64,000 nt of DNA from Psilocybe cubensis (lineage: Eukaryota): contig CM039009.1 of NCBI GenBank assembly GCA_017499595.2, forward strand, positions 1 to 64,000, in the 5' to 3' direction. The translations under genes were made by a program, and so were the position numbers. This document shows, piece by piece, positions 46,600 to 60,120 of this stretch. A model generated the notes under the pieces. The model did not search any database and was not told the DNA's origin. It worked only from the letters and a program-made list of their open reading frames with translations. The stretch's first letter is position 1. The number at the start of each line of letters is the position of its first letter.

Positions 46600-47900
46600 G
46601 CGCCCCTGACATCCCCATACATTTCACGGATATTACCCAAGCCTCTCTCGCTGATGTACACGTTGTCGACGCCACATTTACTACCAAAGATATCGCGAAG
46701 TATCTCACTTTCCGAACGGTTCTAGCCACACTTCAACGCCTCAACTATTTCTCTGTTGATGAGTCCACCATGCATGATAGACTCGGTGGGTGCTTCGTTT
46801 CTAAGATCTTCTTCCTTATCTAAAGTAACAACAGATCATGGTGTCGATTCCCTAAGTCATAGAGGAGATTACAAGTCATGGAGCGTCGTTGTCTTTGCCC
46901 AACCTAGTGAGTATCTCACCTTTTTACATACCCCAGAGCCTCTCTCGCTGATGTCCACGTTGTCGACGCCGCATTTGCTACCAAAGATATTGCGAAGTAT
47001 CTCAGTTTCAGAATGGTCCTAGCCACACTACAACGCCTCAACTTTTTCTCTGTTGACGAGTCCACCATGCACGATAGACTCGGTGGGTGCTTCGTTTCTA
47101 AGATTGTCATCCTGATCTAACGCAGCGACAGATCATGGTGTCGATTCCCTAATTCTCAGAGGAGATCCCAAGTCATGGAGTGTCGTTATTTTTGCCTATC
47201 CTAGTATGTATCTAACCTGTTCACATATCCCAAGCTCTTGAATTAACGATATCATTTTATAGCCTCTCCCTTTGTTAACACCTGCGATGAGGAACCTTAC
47301 TTTGGCCAGACCAACAACGTTGTGGTTGACGTATTCCCCGGCATCGGCTCAAACATTCTCGGACCCCTTCTAGATATCCCTGGTAACGAAATGAATGGCA
47401 TCCAACAATGTGAGTAGGAACAGACATATTCTTGTTAGTGTATTCTAATACTACCACCGCAAGTTTCCAGCTATGCAACCCCACTCTGCGCCGCTGCCAT
47501 CTCCAAAGCATCCTTGCTCTTGTCCAATCTCACCGAAGCACAGTATCTTGATATTTCCCAAGCCTCTCACGTCGATGAACACGTTGTTGCCCCCACTAGT
47601 CCTACCAACCATCCTGCAAATCTCATTCAATTCCAAATGACTTCCGCTACACAAAAGTGCCTCAACCACTTCACTGTTGACGAGTCCACCATGCACGATA
47701 ACCTCGGTTGGTGTTTCATTCATAATATTAACTCTCCTGATCTAATGTAGCAACAGATTATGGTGTCGATTCCCTTAGTCTCAGAGGAGATCCCAAGTCA
47801 TGGAGCGTTGTTGTCTTTGCCCATCCTAGTGTGTATTTCACCTATTTACATACCCCAATCTCGCATATTAACAACAATTCTATACAGCCTCTCCCTTTGT
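46600..47900 (+). repeat. Triplicated two-exon module (~300 bp) in a degenerate hypothetical gene
   Basis: FSVDESTMHD(R/N)L|DHGVDSL..RGD.KSWSVV.FA.P at ~46750, 47050 and 47680. Confidence 0.7.
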
Positions 47901-50900
47901 CTACCAAAGTAGCGCCTTCAGCGGGAACACCTTTCTATCAGTTCTCCTGCGCTGCCTGTGGGCTTTGGTTGAGATGAAATGAATGGATCAAGACAACTCA
48001 GCAACATTGACTGGAAGATTTGCATGGTATTTGAATTTGGACTCATCGCACTTCTAAGCCTATTCTTCAGACACTTCCAATACACCGTCGCAAACACGCT
48101 GGCGCCGACACCCCGGCCAACCTTGCAATACATACCATTCTCTTCCCAGCTTCGGTCGCATGCAGGAATAGAAGCTCGATACTCTATCCGAGTGTCGCTT
48201 CAGTGGATGCAAATGCGATCGCCACATCGAGGTCTGGGGCACATCCTGAACGACTCTATCTTTCCGACGTCTTCAAGATACACCCATCCGCACTCGGAAA
48301 GCAGTATCAACTTTGGCAGCGGTACAGGGGGTCAGGGGCTTAGGAACTTCTGGCATCTTCATTGCGTTCGGCGGGGGGCATTGTCTGACGAGATAACACG
48401 CTGTTGTGTTGCCATTTTGTCATGATAGTCACAAGCGCCGAGGTACGTTTCTGATTCCACAGTGACTGCTTAATTTTTATATTGACCTTCTCTGGCTCTT
48501 CTTCTCAGGTCACTCCTCGAACTATTCTTCTATCCCTTCTACAATGAACACTATTACCGACAACCATCATCATTATCACCAACACCGTTACCAGCAATGA
48601 CTATTAGCAACATCATTACCAGCAGCATCTTCTAGATTTAATTCTCCATCACATTCCCTATTCTCTGGTTACTAGTCTTTTCCCGGTTATGGATTTTCTC
48701 GATTCAGATTCCACTTCACCTCACGACAACCTATATATTTTAGCTCGAGTATGTGTTCCTTTATTTTATTTCTTTTTCTTTTTCTTTCCCATCTTCTTTA
48801 CCCATTACTATCTTCACATACACTTTTAATCTATTTCATTTCCATCTCCAGTACGCCTTTCACCACTATCTTCACATTTACATTTAATTTTTTTCTACAA
48901 CCATTTACAACATCTACAACGCCCATATCTATTTTTCATCACTACCTTCTTCATCTACTATACCTCCTATTCTATTCCTACTGTTACCATCTTCCACATA
49001 TACTACACCTTCTATTTGTCTGTTTATGACTACCTTCCACATCTACTAGACCTTCTTTTCATCTTTCCATGACTATCTTCTACAATTCTCTTTCTTTACA
49101 TCTTCATTCTATTTTTCTTCTTTTTACTTTTTTTCCTTAGAAAATTAATATGAAACCCGGTCTCCATACTTTGCCATTAGTGTACTATTATACCCATGTC
49201 CATTATATAGTACTCATGGCTATGAAAGAAGTGTGGCCACCATGAGCCAAAAAATTTATAATTTTTTTAAAATTCTATTGCTATGATTCCTGAGTTGAAC
49301 TGATATCGGTGAAATTTTTCTTATGTTATTTCATGCCCTCCTAGCACTTAGCGTGTTTCACAAGCTTCAAAGAGACAAAAAGATATGGTGTTCATATATA
49401 TATTGCAGATTCTCAAGATACATACATTGTAAATTCACTCGTTAAGCATGCCCATCATCTACGGTCAGGGGAAAGGATGTTCGCACAACGTAGTAACGAA
49501 AGACAGGTCTTTACTATTTTGACATTACTACACCATGTCTTGGTCGACTTTACGATGCTCAGCTTCGATTAGCAGCCATGATGCCCTAGACTGATGCACA
49601 GAAACTTGATATCCTAATCATGGTTGTAACGGTCAATGACGTGATTCGAAAAGCCTCGTTCCAAAGGTCTGTCGTCAGGTTCAAAGAAATAACTCGCAGT
49701 GCTTCCACACAAAGCTTTTGGGAAAACAATCAACGACGGTTGAGGTATTGTGTCGATCTGTAAATTCATCTTCAAGATAATTCCATTTTGTATGAATCCA
49801 TCGGCATAATAAGCTGGTCCAGTTGGCTATCGAGCTCCTTCATAACTTCGCCTGTAACTTCGGGATGCGGCTCAACATGTTGAAACACAGAGTACGGGGG
49901 CAAAGGGGGCGCTCTAGCCATCACGCAGAGCAATGTGCTTTGTGGTGGAAGCTAGGATCTGTCGAGCTGTAGGGCGTTGGAAATGTTTTCTATTGTGCCG
50001 TGCCGTCGAATGAGGTAGTATGCTTGGTCTGGCGTGAAGACAACGCGGTAGGGGAAGCTATTGCTACCAGGCCGAAGAAGTATCTCCAGGTCCATTAAAG
50101 TAATTTTGCTCATCCAGAGGGTACCGTAGATGCTCTTTTTCTTCGTTGAGTCGAGCTTTTGACTACTCAGATTTTTATTGGAATAATCTGGGACTTGGCC
50201 TGGCGACCTAGACCTAGCACTTGAATTTACACAGTCCGGGGAACATCAAGGCGAGAGTTGCGTCAGAATGTATATGATAATTGGTACATTTTCCCGCTTC
50301 TCCTACGTGTGTTCTGATATGGACGCATTGAGCGTAGGAACGCGCACAACCAACGCCGCACAACGCCGCTGTGTTCGCATCCGCTCCTTCTCTCGCACAA
50401 CAAGAACAAACATGGCAACACCTCTTACTTTGCCACCACCACCACCACCTCCACCACAAACCATTGGTGCTGAAGACTGACGACTCGCGGCGCAGGGAGA
50501 AGCAGTCAACGACGGAGGAAAAGGTCACTTCATTGCTGTTGGAAGGATTTAGCGTTCGATTGGTAGTGCGAGCAGCAAAAACATGTGCGTGAGTTCCTTT
50601 TCGAATAACCGCCGGTTCATCGTACTCTTACACCTCCATTCCCACCACCTCATTCACTAATCCATCCCTTTTTCACCCAAACCCCCAACATTCGCTCTCG
50701 CTCTCGCCATCGTACTCAATATCATCCTCCTAGATGGGCATACATACACGTCAGACCCTTCAACCGCCCCATATTCGACGCCCGTGCACCATCCGCAACC
50801 CACCACTCCCCCATTCGTTTCCTTCATGACCCAAAACACCCGCCTATTTATTTCTTGGAATCGGTCATCCGGTACTGTGCATGGTGAGCTGAGGCTCTCG

Positions 50901-53035
50901 TCGACTATGCCCTCGATGGGTTCCAAGCATTTTCTACGGGACATTTCGATAAACATCTCTATATTCAGGTTGATGCGGTGTTCAAGAACCCGACGCCTTC
51001 CATGCGCTATACGAGTTGATGCTCTTCATGCGGTTTTCGACAGACGGCTTCCAATCGGCGTTGATGTCGGTGTGGGCGTGGGCGCGTGGACAGGGGCAGA
51101 TATGATCGTGGGGATCACCGTGTGTAATAGGATGGTGAACGTGCAGAGAGACCCTAACCCGGTCTCGGATGTTGGATCAGGGTTCATTGAAGAGTTATGG
51201 TTTGACTCGACTGTGCCCGCGGTTCCCCTGGTTTTGGATTTGGTGCTGCCGTTGTTGCAGCCTCTATGGTATCTACCCCTTCACGGCCACCATCACACTG
51301 ACTATCCACCGTCTCTCCAGCATTCACACTTTAGCTCAATGTCAAGGATAGCACAGGCAGGGAGTCGATCCCAAGCGTGAGCTCGAGTGGGAGATAGGGT
51401 TCTGTGTGGCAGACATCACAGCCTCGATATCAACGCATACACGCACCTCTATGTAGAAGGGCAGTGCATATGCATTGATGTGCACGGGTTTGAAGCCGGG
51501 GTCTGGGGTGCAGATGGAGATGGAAATGTGATTGATCCCGGCGAGAGGTCGGGGTGTAAGTGCTAGGAGGTTGGAACGATGGTTTTGTAAGTGAATGTTT
51601 CGGGTCTCATACACATCACTAGCTGCCTATGGCTCGACATTCTCAATGTTCTGGGTTGTCGCTCGCCATCGCGTGCGGGGCAGAGCGCTATCCTTCTGTA
51701 CTCTATCTAGTAACCGAGCGCCGTGGGAGCATTAATGGGCTTGCTTTCTTTCAATTTCGTGCTCTTCTCCGTGTTCTACTGGCTCTGCGTGCTCCATTGT
51801 CCATTGTCCGCCTCTCCACGCTCAAACCTGAACCTGCCCACTAAATGCTCAATGCCAGATTGCCTGCAACGCCTCTCCATGACCAGGAACACGGTATATA
51901 CGTTCTCTGTGCAACTCTTACCTTTGAATAAATATCCAACTTGGAATCGGATGCAGCCCTTGCTTGGTGGTGGTCGTCGCCGAATCTCCTTGTTGTTGCT
52001 GTTTGGTTATGTGTACGGCTGGCTCGCTGGTTTGTTCTAGTACAAGTGGAAAATTCGTTTCGCAAATCGAGGCAGACACTGTATCGCTGTCTCGTCGTAG
52101 TCTGTATGGCTAGCTTTGAGTCGCTGCGTCTCTGGCCGCTGCATCTCTGGCTAGCTGGAAAAACCAGACCCTCGTGCATCTATGCATCTGGCTAGGCGTC
52201 TATGCACAGGACGCCGAACTTAAATTTCCTAACGCCGGCACCTAGACGCTGATCCGGGTACGCAGCGGGGTAAGCTAAACACGACGCGACACGCGTTGTC
52301 GGTGTTCTTCTGGATTGTATGTATTCACCTTTCATAACTTGTACTTGTTCTGGGTGAGTGGTTGTGTGTCCGTGTGTCTAGCCGGCTGTTCATTGCCTGT
52401 TTGTGCATCTGTCTGTTCGTCTGTTCGTCCGAATGATGTGTGACGTGTTATGCAGAAGCGTGTGGCAGATCCTCTTCGACTCATCCGTCATTTAAGTGGC
52501 TGGCCAGCTGTCTGGCTATGCTACTCAGGGACAGATTCACCCACGAACACGAATATGTAGAAGGTGAATATGTATTACATTGCACGTATAAGCAATAAAA
52601 ACACATTTAGATGGAATGTTAAGATTCAATGTAACAACATGAATTTTGTCCAAGGTGCGACGTCTACATTGTGGATACAATGTATTATAAAATTCGGAAC
52701 AAGGTGAACTCAAATCTTAGGCGCAGCCGCGGCAGCCGCCTGTCAATTTAGCGAATATTCTGAACAAATATATTCTCGCAGCTTGTCATATACCTGTCGC
52801 TTTTGTCAACCATCAAGCAACTTCGACAGGCCGTGTCAGTATGCAACAAAGCTTTCCAAATCGGGTGGCAAACGACACTACACTTGGACTATTTTTACAA
52901 CACCCACACGACTCAACAAGGGCGTTTAAATGAAGCATGGAATCAAGCAGGAGACCATCGCACCTCATAATATCTCTTAACAAACAATACAGACAATACC
53001 TCTACATTACCGTCGAATATCAAAGCACGCCATAA

Positions 53036-56000
53036 ATGAGCACTTTGAGTCGTTCGATGACTCCGACAGGTAGGGTGTCATGTCGAGGTTTTCACTTGTA
53101 GGTCGAGAAATCTTCTCACAGCGCCATTTACCATCGCAGGATTTCAAGCATTCACCAATGCAAAATTCAGCAATATCAACAACTCAACGGTTTTTGCAGG
53201 GGAAAATGTGTACTTGGGAAATGGAAATGTGTCTTGCCGCAATCAGGGTATTTATTAAACATAGCATTTGAACCCTTTTTTTCACGAATAATCTGATGAT
53301 TCTGTAGAAACTCGTGATATCGTGGAATGGCTAACGCCCGTTACATCAGAGGCAATTCACTATGATACCCTTGCGAAGCGCACACCAGGAACTGGACATT
53401 GGTTTTTATCTTCGACCCTTTTCAAGCAATGGATATCCGGACAAAGACGTATCATGTTGTTAGACGGAAAGCGTGAGTGCTACTTTTCTCTTCTGTTTGA
53501 TATAACTAATACTCTATTCAATAGCTGGCTCAGGAAAGACTGTTATCGCGTGAGTTCAGATTAACATAATTCAAATTTATATTCTTATCAAATACTAGAG
53601 CAATTGTCATCGAATACCTCATGAGTCTGTGCATCGCTGATATCACAGGTTGTGACACCATTCTCTTCCTGTACTGTCGACACAATGAGACCTGGACTAT
53701 TTCACATTACTTGGGCTCCTTGATTGAGCAGATGTTTACCGATTACAGGCACCTTACATCGGTTGAAGAGCATGTCCATAAACTATATGATGTGCATAAA
53801 ACACGACGAAGCTATCCTTCAAAAACAGTATTGATTACCGTACTTTCCAACATGATTCTGTGCTTCAGGAATGTTCGCATTGTTCTGGATGCTCTGGACG
53901 AGTTATCGGATCGTGACCAAGTCGAGCTCATTTCTATTCTCAGAGCCCTTCCGGTGTCATTATTCTTCACGTCACGAATCATTGGTTTAGAGATTTTCAA
54001 CCTTCCAGATGACACCATACACATGAGCATTGGAGAACAGAATCAGGTGGATATACGGCTGTTTTTACATGATACCATCCCACGGACAGCCAGTGTCGCT
54101 CGAACAGTTCGCCAAAATAAAGAGTATTTGGAGGAAATATGTGATAAGATATTGACTACCTCCAATGGGATGTATGTCTTGATTGCGTGAAATTTAGTTT
54201 ATTTTATTGACTCGTTTTTAGGTTCCTACTTGCGACGCTGAAGTCACAGTCCCTAGAGGGTTACACCACCATGACTAGTTTGACAAATAGCCTAGATGGA
54301 CTCCCCGACGATATACAATCAATGTATCTCTCCCTGATGGACAGTATTAATTCCCAAAAGGGGGAATACCCATCATTTGTAAAACGTGCCATGACTTGGA
54401 TCATGTATGCGCGTCGCCCCCTGACCGCCTCTGAGCTGCAGCACGCGCTTGCTATTCGGGATGGGGAGAACTCATTCAACACAAGAGACATTCCTACTCA
54501 AGATCTGTTTACCACTCTCTCCTGTGGTATTATTGAAATTCAACCAAGAAGTCAAACTGTTCGTCTCGTTCGTGAGTCACTCCAAATTTTCAGGTTTTAA
54601 TGGGCAGTTTTAATGATTCAAATTTCCTTTTTAGATCATACAGCTTACGAGTTCTTGGATGGTCACCCTGACACGCTGCTCCAAACTCCACATTTCTTTA
54701 TTGCAAAGAGTTGCATTACTTATCTCACAGCCTTCCGCTTCACCACTCTGGGAAAGATGTCATATGCTGCCTTTGAAGCTCTAGTAAAATCTCAAGACGC
54801 TCCTTTACTTGAGTATGCATACCAGAACTGGGTATTTCACGTTCGTGAATGTGGCGAGGACTCATATCCGACTGAGACAGTACACAATTTTATCCTCAAA
54901 GTTCCCAATTATCCACTTTTCGACTCTCGTATCGGTTTCAGTTGGATAAATCCCGGCCATGTCATTGCTTACTACAATTTACGGGTACAGGTTCCTTGGG
55001 ATATTTTTTGTGAATCACGGACAACGAAAAAACACACCGCCCTCACACTCGCTGCATTGAATGGGTGTACTAGTGTGGTCGCGTCAATTCTGGCGTGTAA
55101 GCAAATAGACGTCAACGCGCAGACAAAGAGCGGAGATACTGCACTCATTCTCGCCTGCAAGGAATTTAGGCCATCAATCCATCGTTGACATTATTCTTCT
55201 CCACAAGGACACTAACGTCAATGTATACAACAAAAGAGGTCTCACAGCGTTGATGTACTGTTCTATGCTTGGACACATCAGCATATTTCGGGCTCTTTTT
55301 TGAAACGGGCCATCCAGGCAAATATCCAGGACGTCAGAGGTACTACCGCGCTCATGTATGCATCACATATGGGTCATATTGACTCTGTACGTGCCCTGCT
55401 TGCGTGCCCAAAGATTGACATCAACGTCAAGGATCTAAATGGACGGACTGCCCTCATATATGCCTGCTTAAAGGACCGCACAGCTATCGCTTGTCTCTTG
55501 CTCCAACATCCTGGCATCAAGGTCAATTCCCAAGACAACAATGGACACACTGCACTGTTACTTGCTGCCACAAAGAACTCGCTACAGATATTCAAAGGCC
55601 TGCTACGCATTCCTGGACTTGATCCCGATTTGAAGGACAGAAGTGGACTTGCAGCATTATCCATCGCGGTACTTCGTGGCCACAACGACATTGTGAAGGC
55701 ACTTTTACCTATATCCAATATCAAGGTGGATATCTCAAGCCATCATAGTACCATGAGCCTTGCGCGTGCTACTGCGGAAAGTCATTTTTCAATTGTGGAT
55801 ATCCTCTTGACATCAGGCAACATCAATCCCAACATATACATAACAGGATCACAGCATTTGTACGACTTGATTCGCAATCAACTGGGATGTTCAGCAACAA
55901 ATCATCTCTATCACGCTGAAGGTATGACACCGCTGATTCTTGCTTCATCTGCAGGTCATACAGAGGTCGTCAAACGTCTTTTAACCATACCTGGAATTGA

Positions 56001-57519
56001 CGTCAATCTGGGAAATTGTCCCAGTTTCAACACCGGTGACGAGCCAATCATGGATTCCTTACTCACCGAGATGGACCTAAAACAGACATGTTTTGATTGC
56101 AATGGAATGACCGCGCTTATGTTTGCCGCTCGTCATGGTCATTTTCATGTTATAGAGTGCCTTTTGACAGTCCCAGGGATTAACGTCAACGGTCAGGATG
56201 GTTTTGGGTCCACGGCTCTCATCTATGCTTCAGCAAATGGTTATCACTCTGTAGTGGACATCCTCCTATGTTTTCCGGGTGTGGATGTGAACATGAAAAC
56301 AAAATCAAGCGACACAGCCCTTATATGGGCATCTTATAATGGACATCTCAATGTCGTCAAGCGCTTGTTGGCTGTCCCGGAAATCGACGTCAATGCACAA
56401 CAATTCAGTGGATCCACAGCTCTCATATGTGCTTCGTTGAGAGGTCATTGCTCTATTGTGGACACCCTCCTCGGTTTTCCGGGGGTGGATGTATGTATGC
56501 AAACCAATTCTGGCGACACGGCGCTTATATGGGCATCTTATAATGGACATCTCGATGTCGTCAAGCGCCTGTTGGCTGTCCCGGAGATCGACGTCAATGC
56601 ACAACAAATCAATGGATCCACAGCTCTCATATGTGCTTTGATGAGTGGTCATTGCTCTATTGTGGACACCCTCCTCGATTTTCCGGGGGTGGATGTACAT
56701 GTGCAAACCAATTCTAGCGACACAGCGCTTACATGGGCATCTGCTAATGGTCATCTCGATGTAGTGAAGCGCCTGTTGTCTGTCCCGGACATCAACATTA
56801 ATACACAACAAATCATTAGGTCCACGGCTCTTATCTGTGCTTCAGCAAATAACCAGTGCTCTATTTTGGACACCATCCTTCGTGTTCCGGAGGTAGACGT
56901 GAATATCCAAACCAAACAAGGGGACACAGCCCTTATGTGGGCAGCTTGTAATGGTCACACTGACGCTGTTAAACGTCTATTGGCTGTCCCGGAAATCAAA
57001 GTCAATAGACAGCAAAACAATGGATTCACGGCGCTCATATACGCTTGTCAAAGGGGATACTACTCTATCGTAGACGCCATCCTTTGTGTACCTGAGGTGG
57101 ACATAGACATACGGACCAACGATGGTGACACGGCGCTTATATGTGCAGCATATCGGGGACACCTCGACATTGTTAAGCGTCTTTTGTCCATCCCAGGTGT
57201 AATGGTCAATGCCCAAAACAATAATGGAGTGTCGGTTTTTATAAGTGCACGAGAGGGGAACTGTGCCGTTGTGGATGCCATCCTCTGTCACCCAGAGGCG
57301 GATGTTAATGTTCAAGACAAATATGGCGCTACAGCGCTTATTTGGGCGTCTCAAAATGGAGACATTGACGTAGTCAAACGCCTCTTGGCAGCCCCTGCAA
57401 TCGACATCAATTTGAAAAGCGTCGCTGGCTATACAGCACTATATTGGGCGCGGAAAAAAGGACACCAGTTTGTTGTCGATATGCTCCACTCCCATAACGA
57501 AGTCAGAACACTGCGCTAG
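53036..57519 (+). pseudogene. Fungal NLR-like NACHT-ankyrin gene, multi-exon, with two frameshifts near 55165 and 55299
   Basis: RTPGTGHWFL, Walker A GKPGSGKT across an intron, Walker B IVLDALDE, ARRPLTASELQHALAI, then many ankyrin repeats (TAL..A...GH..VV..LL). Confidence 0.85.
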
Positions 57520-58212
57520 TCCTATATCAGCCAATACATGAGCTACTGACTTTTCTCTTTTCCATTATTAAGATTTTACATCCCAACTCTGATTTGCATT
57601 TACGTTGTTCTAGACGTATATAGCCTACATATATACATATTAGATATCCATCGTACTATAGACGGTTTTCTTTTTATACCAATTACACCAGCCCACTCAT
57701 AATACCATTGCTCCAGGCCTCTGAAAAGCGTATATTGGAATGTGGAATTGAGGTCACCTCGAAGCCGGGAGGACCCCGGAATTCCGGATGTGGCGATGCC
57801 TATTTTGGGCGGAGATTCAAGGACCTTGGTGTGACACTGACGACTTGGAATTACCATCGCGGGTACTGAAGTCTAAGGATATATCACCGCACCATTCCTT
57901 CAGCAACCACGAGCGAGCAGGTGATTAATTTAGGCAGGAGAACCAGGGACACGGTCGTGCATCCAGTGAACTAAAGCCTCTGGCGCGTCCCACGCCGAGT
58001 TCTTCCTGCATTCCCAGTGTGTGAGTCTTTACTCTCTCCAGCTCATTTTCTCTATCTTCGGTGCACCTTTGCCAACTCACAGATCTGTCACGGCAGCAGC
58101 AAGTGGGTTCTCTCCTCCAGCGCGCACCCCCATCCCTCCAGCAAACGAAACCGCTGTTGCAGTCCATGTAAACAACTCATCCCTTTCCCATCCTTTACAA
58201 CTTGGCGCCAAT

Positions 58213-58259
58213 TCACCGCTCACCGCTCACCGCTCACCGCTCACCGCTCACCGCTCACC
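58213..58259. repeat. Microsatellite (TCACCGC) x ~6.7
   Basis: Perfect 7-bp tandem repeat. Confidence 0.9.
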
Positions 58260-60120
58260 ACCTATCCCGTTCTCGCTCCTCCTGCGGGTCAGTCCCTTTG
58301 CGTATATATGTCGAATCCTGTGAAGACTCGACGCAAGAATCCACGACATAGGAAGAGTCCTTCTACACATTGCCCTCATTGACGGCCTCCACTGTACTTG
58401 GATGTGTTGATGGTGAGCGCGGGCATTCGCGGATGCGATGAGCTTGAGATGCTCATATGTCGCGTCTCGTAGATCTTCCTCACGCACATCGCTCCGACAT
58501 AAAGGTGTAGCGTGTATCGTCGGTGATCCTTGCAGTGGGTAGTGGAGTTTATGAGGAACTCATGGTGCGTTACAATGTCTAGATACAATGACACCGTATT
58601 GATGGAATTCTTCAAACCCTGTCTCTATTCCAACTGTGTGTCTCCCGCCCCCCGTCCCCCAAACCAAGGCCTGCAAACAGCTCTAATCAACGCCAATGCA
58701 ACCTCCCCAACCTCTTCCACACCCGCAACATCTCCATGATCTGGACCACCGAGAGCCATGTTCACCTCTGGACATCACTTCCTCTTCCCCCAGCGCAACG
58801 CTGCTGCCGCTTCCGCCTTCCCTGTCCTTGTTCTTATCCGATCCACCCCCGCCGGCTCCTGCGAACAATCAACGCCAGGTTGGCATACTTCCCAAGCGAG
58901 CACCCGCTTGACTCCACGCTCACCATCACCTCTCCCTCACTCGAGGGACTCTGGGATATAGATTGGACTGAGATGTAGAGCGCTAGCAGGTGCGCGGGTG
59001 CGGGAGCGGGTGTGTTGGGCGGATGAGTTTGGACTTTGAAGGAACATATTTAGATAGGTGCGCGGGATATGTACAAGATGCGTTGCTCTTCCCGTTCTGC
59101 GGCCCGCTGTGCCTGCTCCGCGTGCTGTCCTGTCCATTCCATTCCATTCCCTTTGCTTACCTTTCTGATCTTTCATTCCTCATTCCCGTTTTGTGCGTGG
59201 ACCCCGTCATCGCAGATGTCTCTCACACTCTGGCCACGCTCTTGAAAGTGTACAACCACACAGTAACGATAGGGTCATCCTTGGACCCAACTCAATGTGA
59301 AACAGTTCACGAGTCCTGCTATCGCCTTCCATTGTGGTGAAGACCGCAATAATTTAATGTAACTGTACGCAAATTCTTCTCTCATTGTGCTGTTTGGTGT
59401 GTGAGAGTTGATTCCCGGACGTCTTCTAGAGAAGTTGATGTACGATGGAGAGTGTACCAATGTCGATATACTATGCAAAAATATACTACCCCGGGTATCT
59501 CCTCTGCAATGGGCGATAATCTGACGATATCTATGGCATCTGGAACGAGAATATGAGGGCATTTAAGTTGATGAGGGGCCATTCGATGCTTTGGAGAGCA
59601 CACGGAGGATAATCCAGAATCTTGACTCAACTGCTTCTGTTATAAACGTATGTGCAGCTTTCTGATAATGTCACATCGATCGTGCCATATGCATCAGAGT
59701 CAGATTTCCGCCATAATCGGGTGGAGTCCAACTATGTGTATGTATAGAACTTTGGGAGCGAGTGTGACTGTGGTAGAGATTTATGTTACCTTGATGTTCT
59801 AATCGTCTGAACAGATACTCCATGGAAGTTGATACATAATATCACCTTCATTTACAGATCAAACTGCTCTCTTAAAATCGGCAGCTTCATTCAGATGAAC
59901 TCCTAGAACCCTAGGTCCTCAGCTCCATCGCCATTGATACATCATCCTATTGGATATTTCAACGGCATCAATGTATTTGCCAGACTAGTGTGTCACTCTG
60001 ATTTGTAGATTTCAAAAGATATAAAAGGACATCCCTTCAGTTCTGCCCTCCTGGCCGTCCCGTCATCTTTTGCTTACTTTGTGATATTCCTAACTTGAGT
60101 AGACAGGTATACGCAACAAA

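Noticed and set aside
49500-51400. ORF fragments including 50784-51380
   Set aside because: Stops or low complexity, with no motif support.
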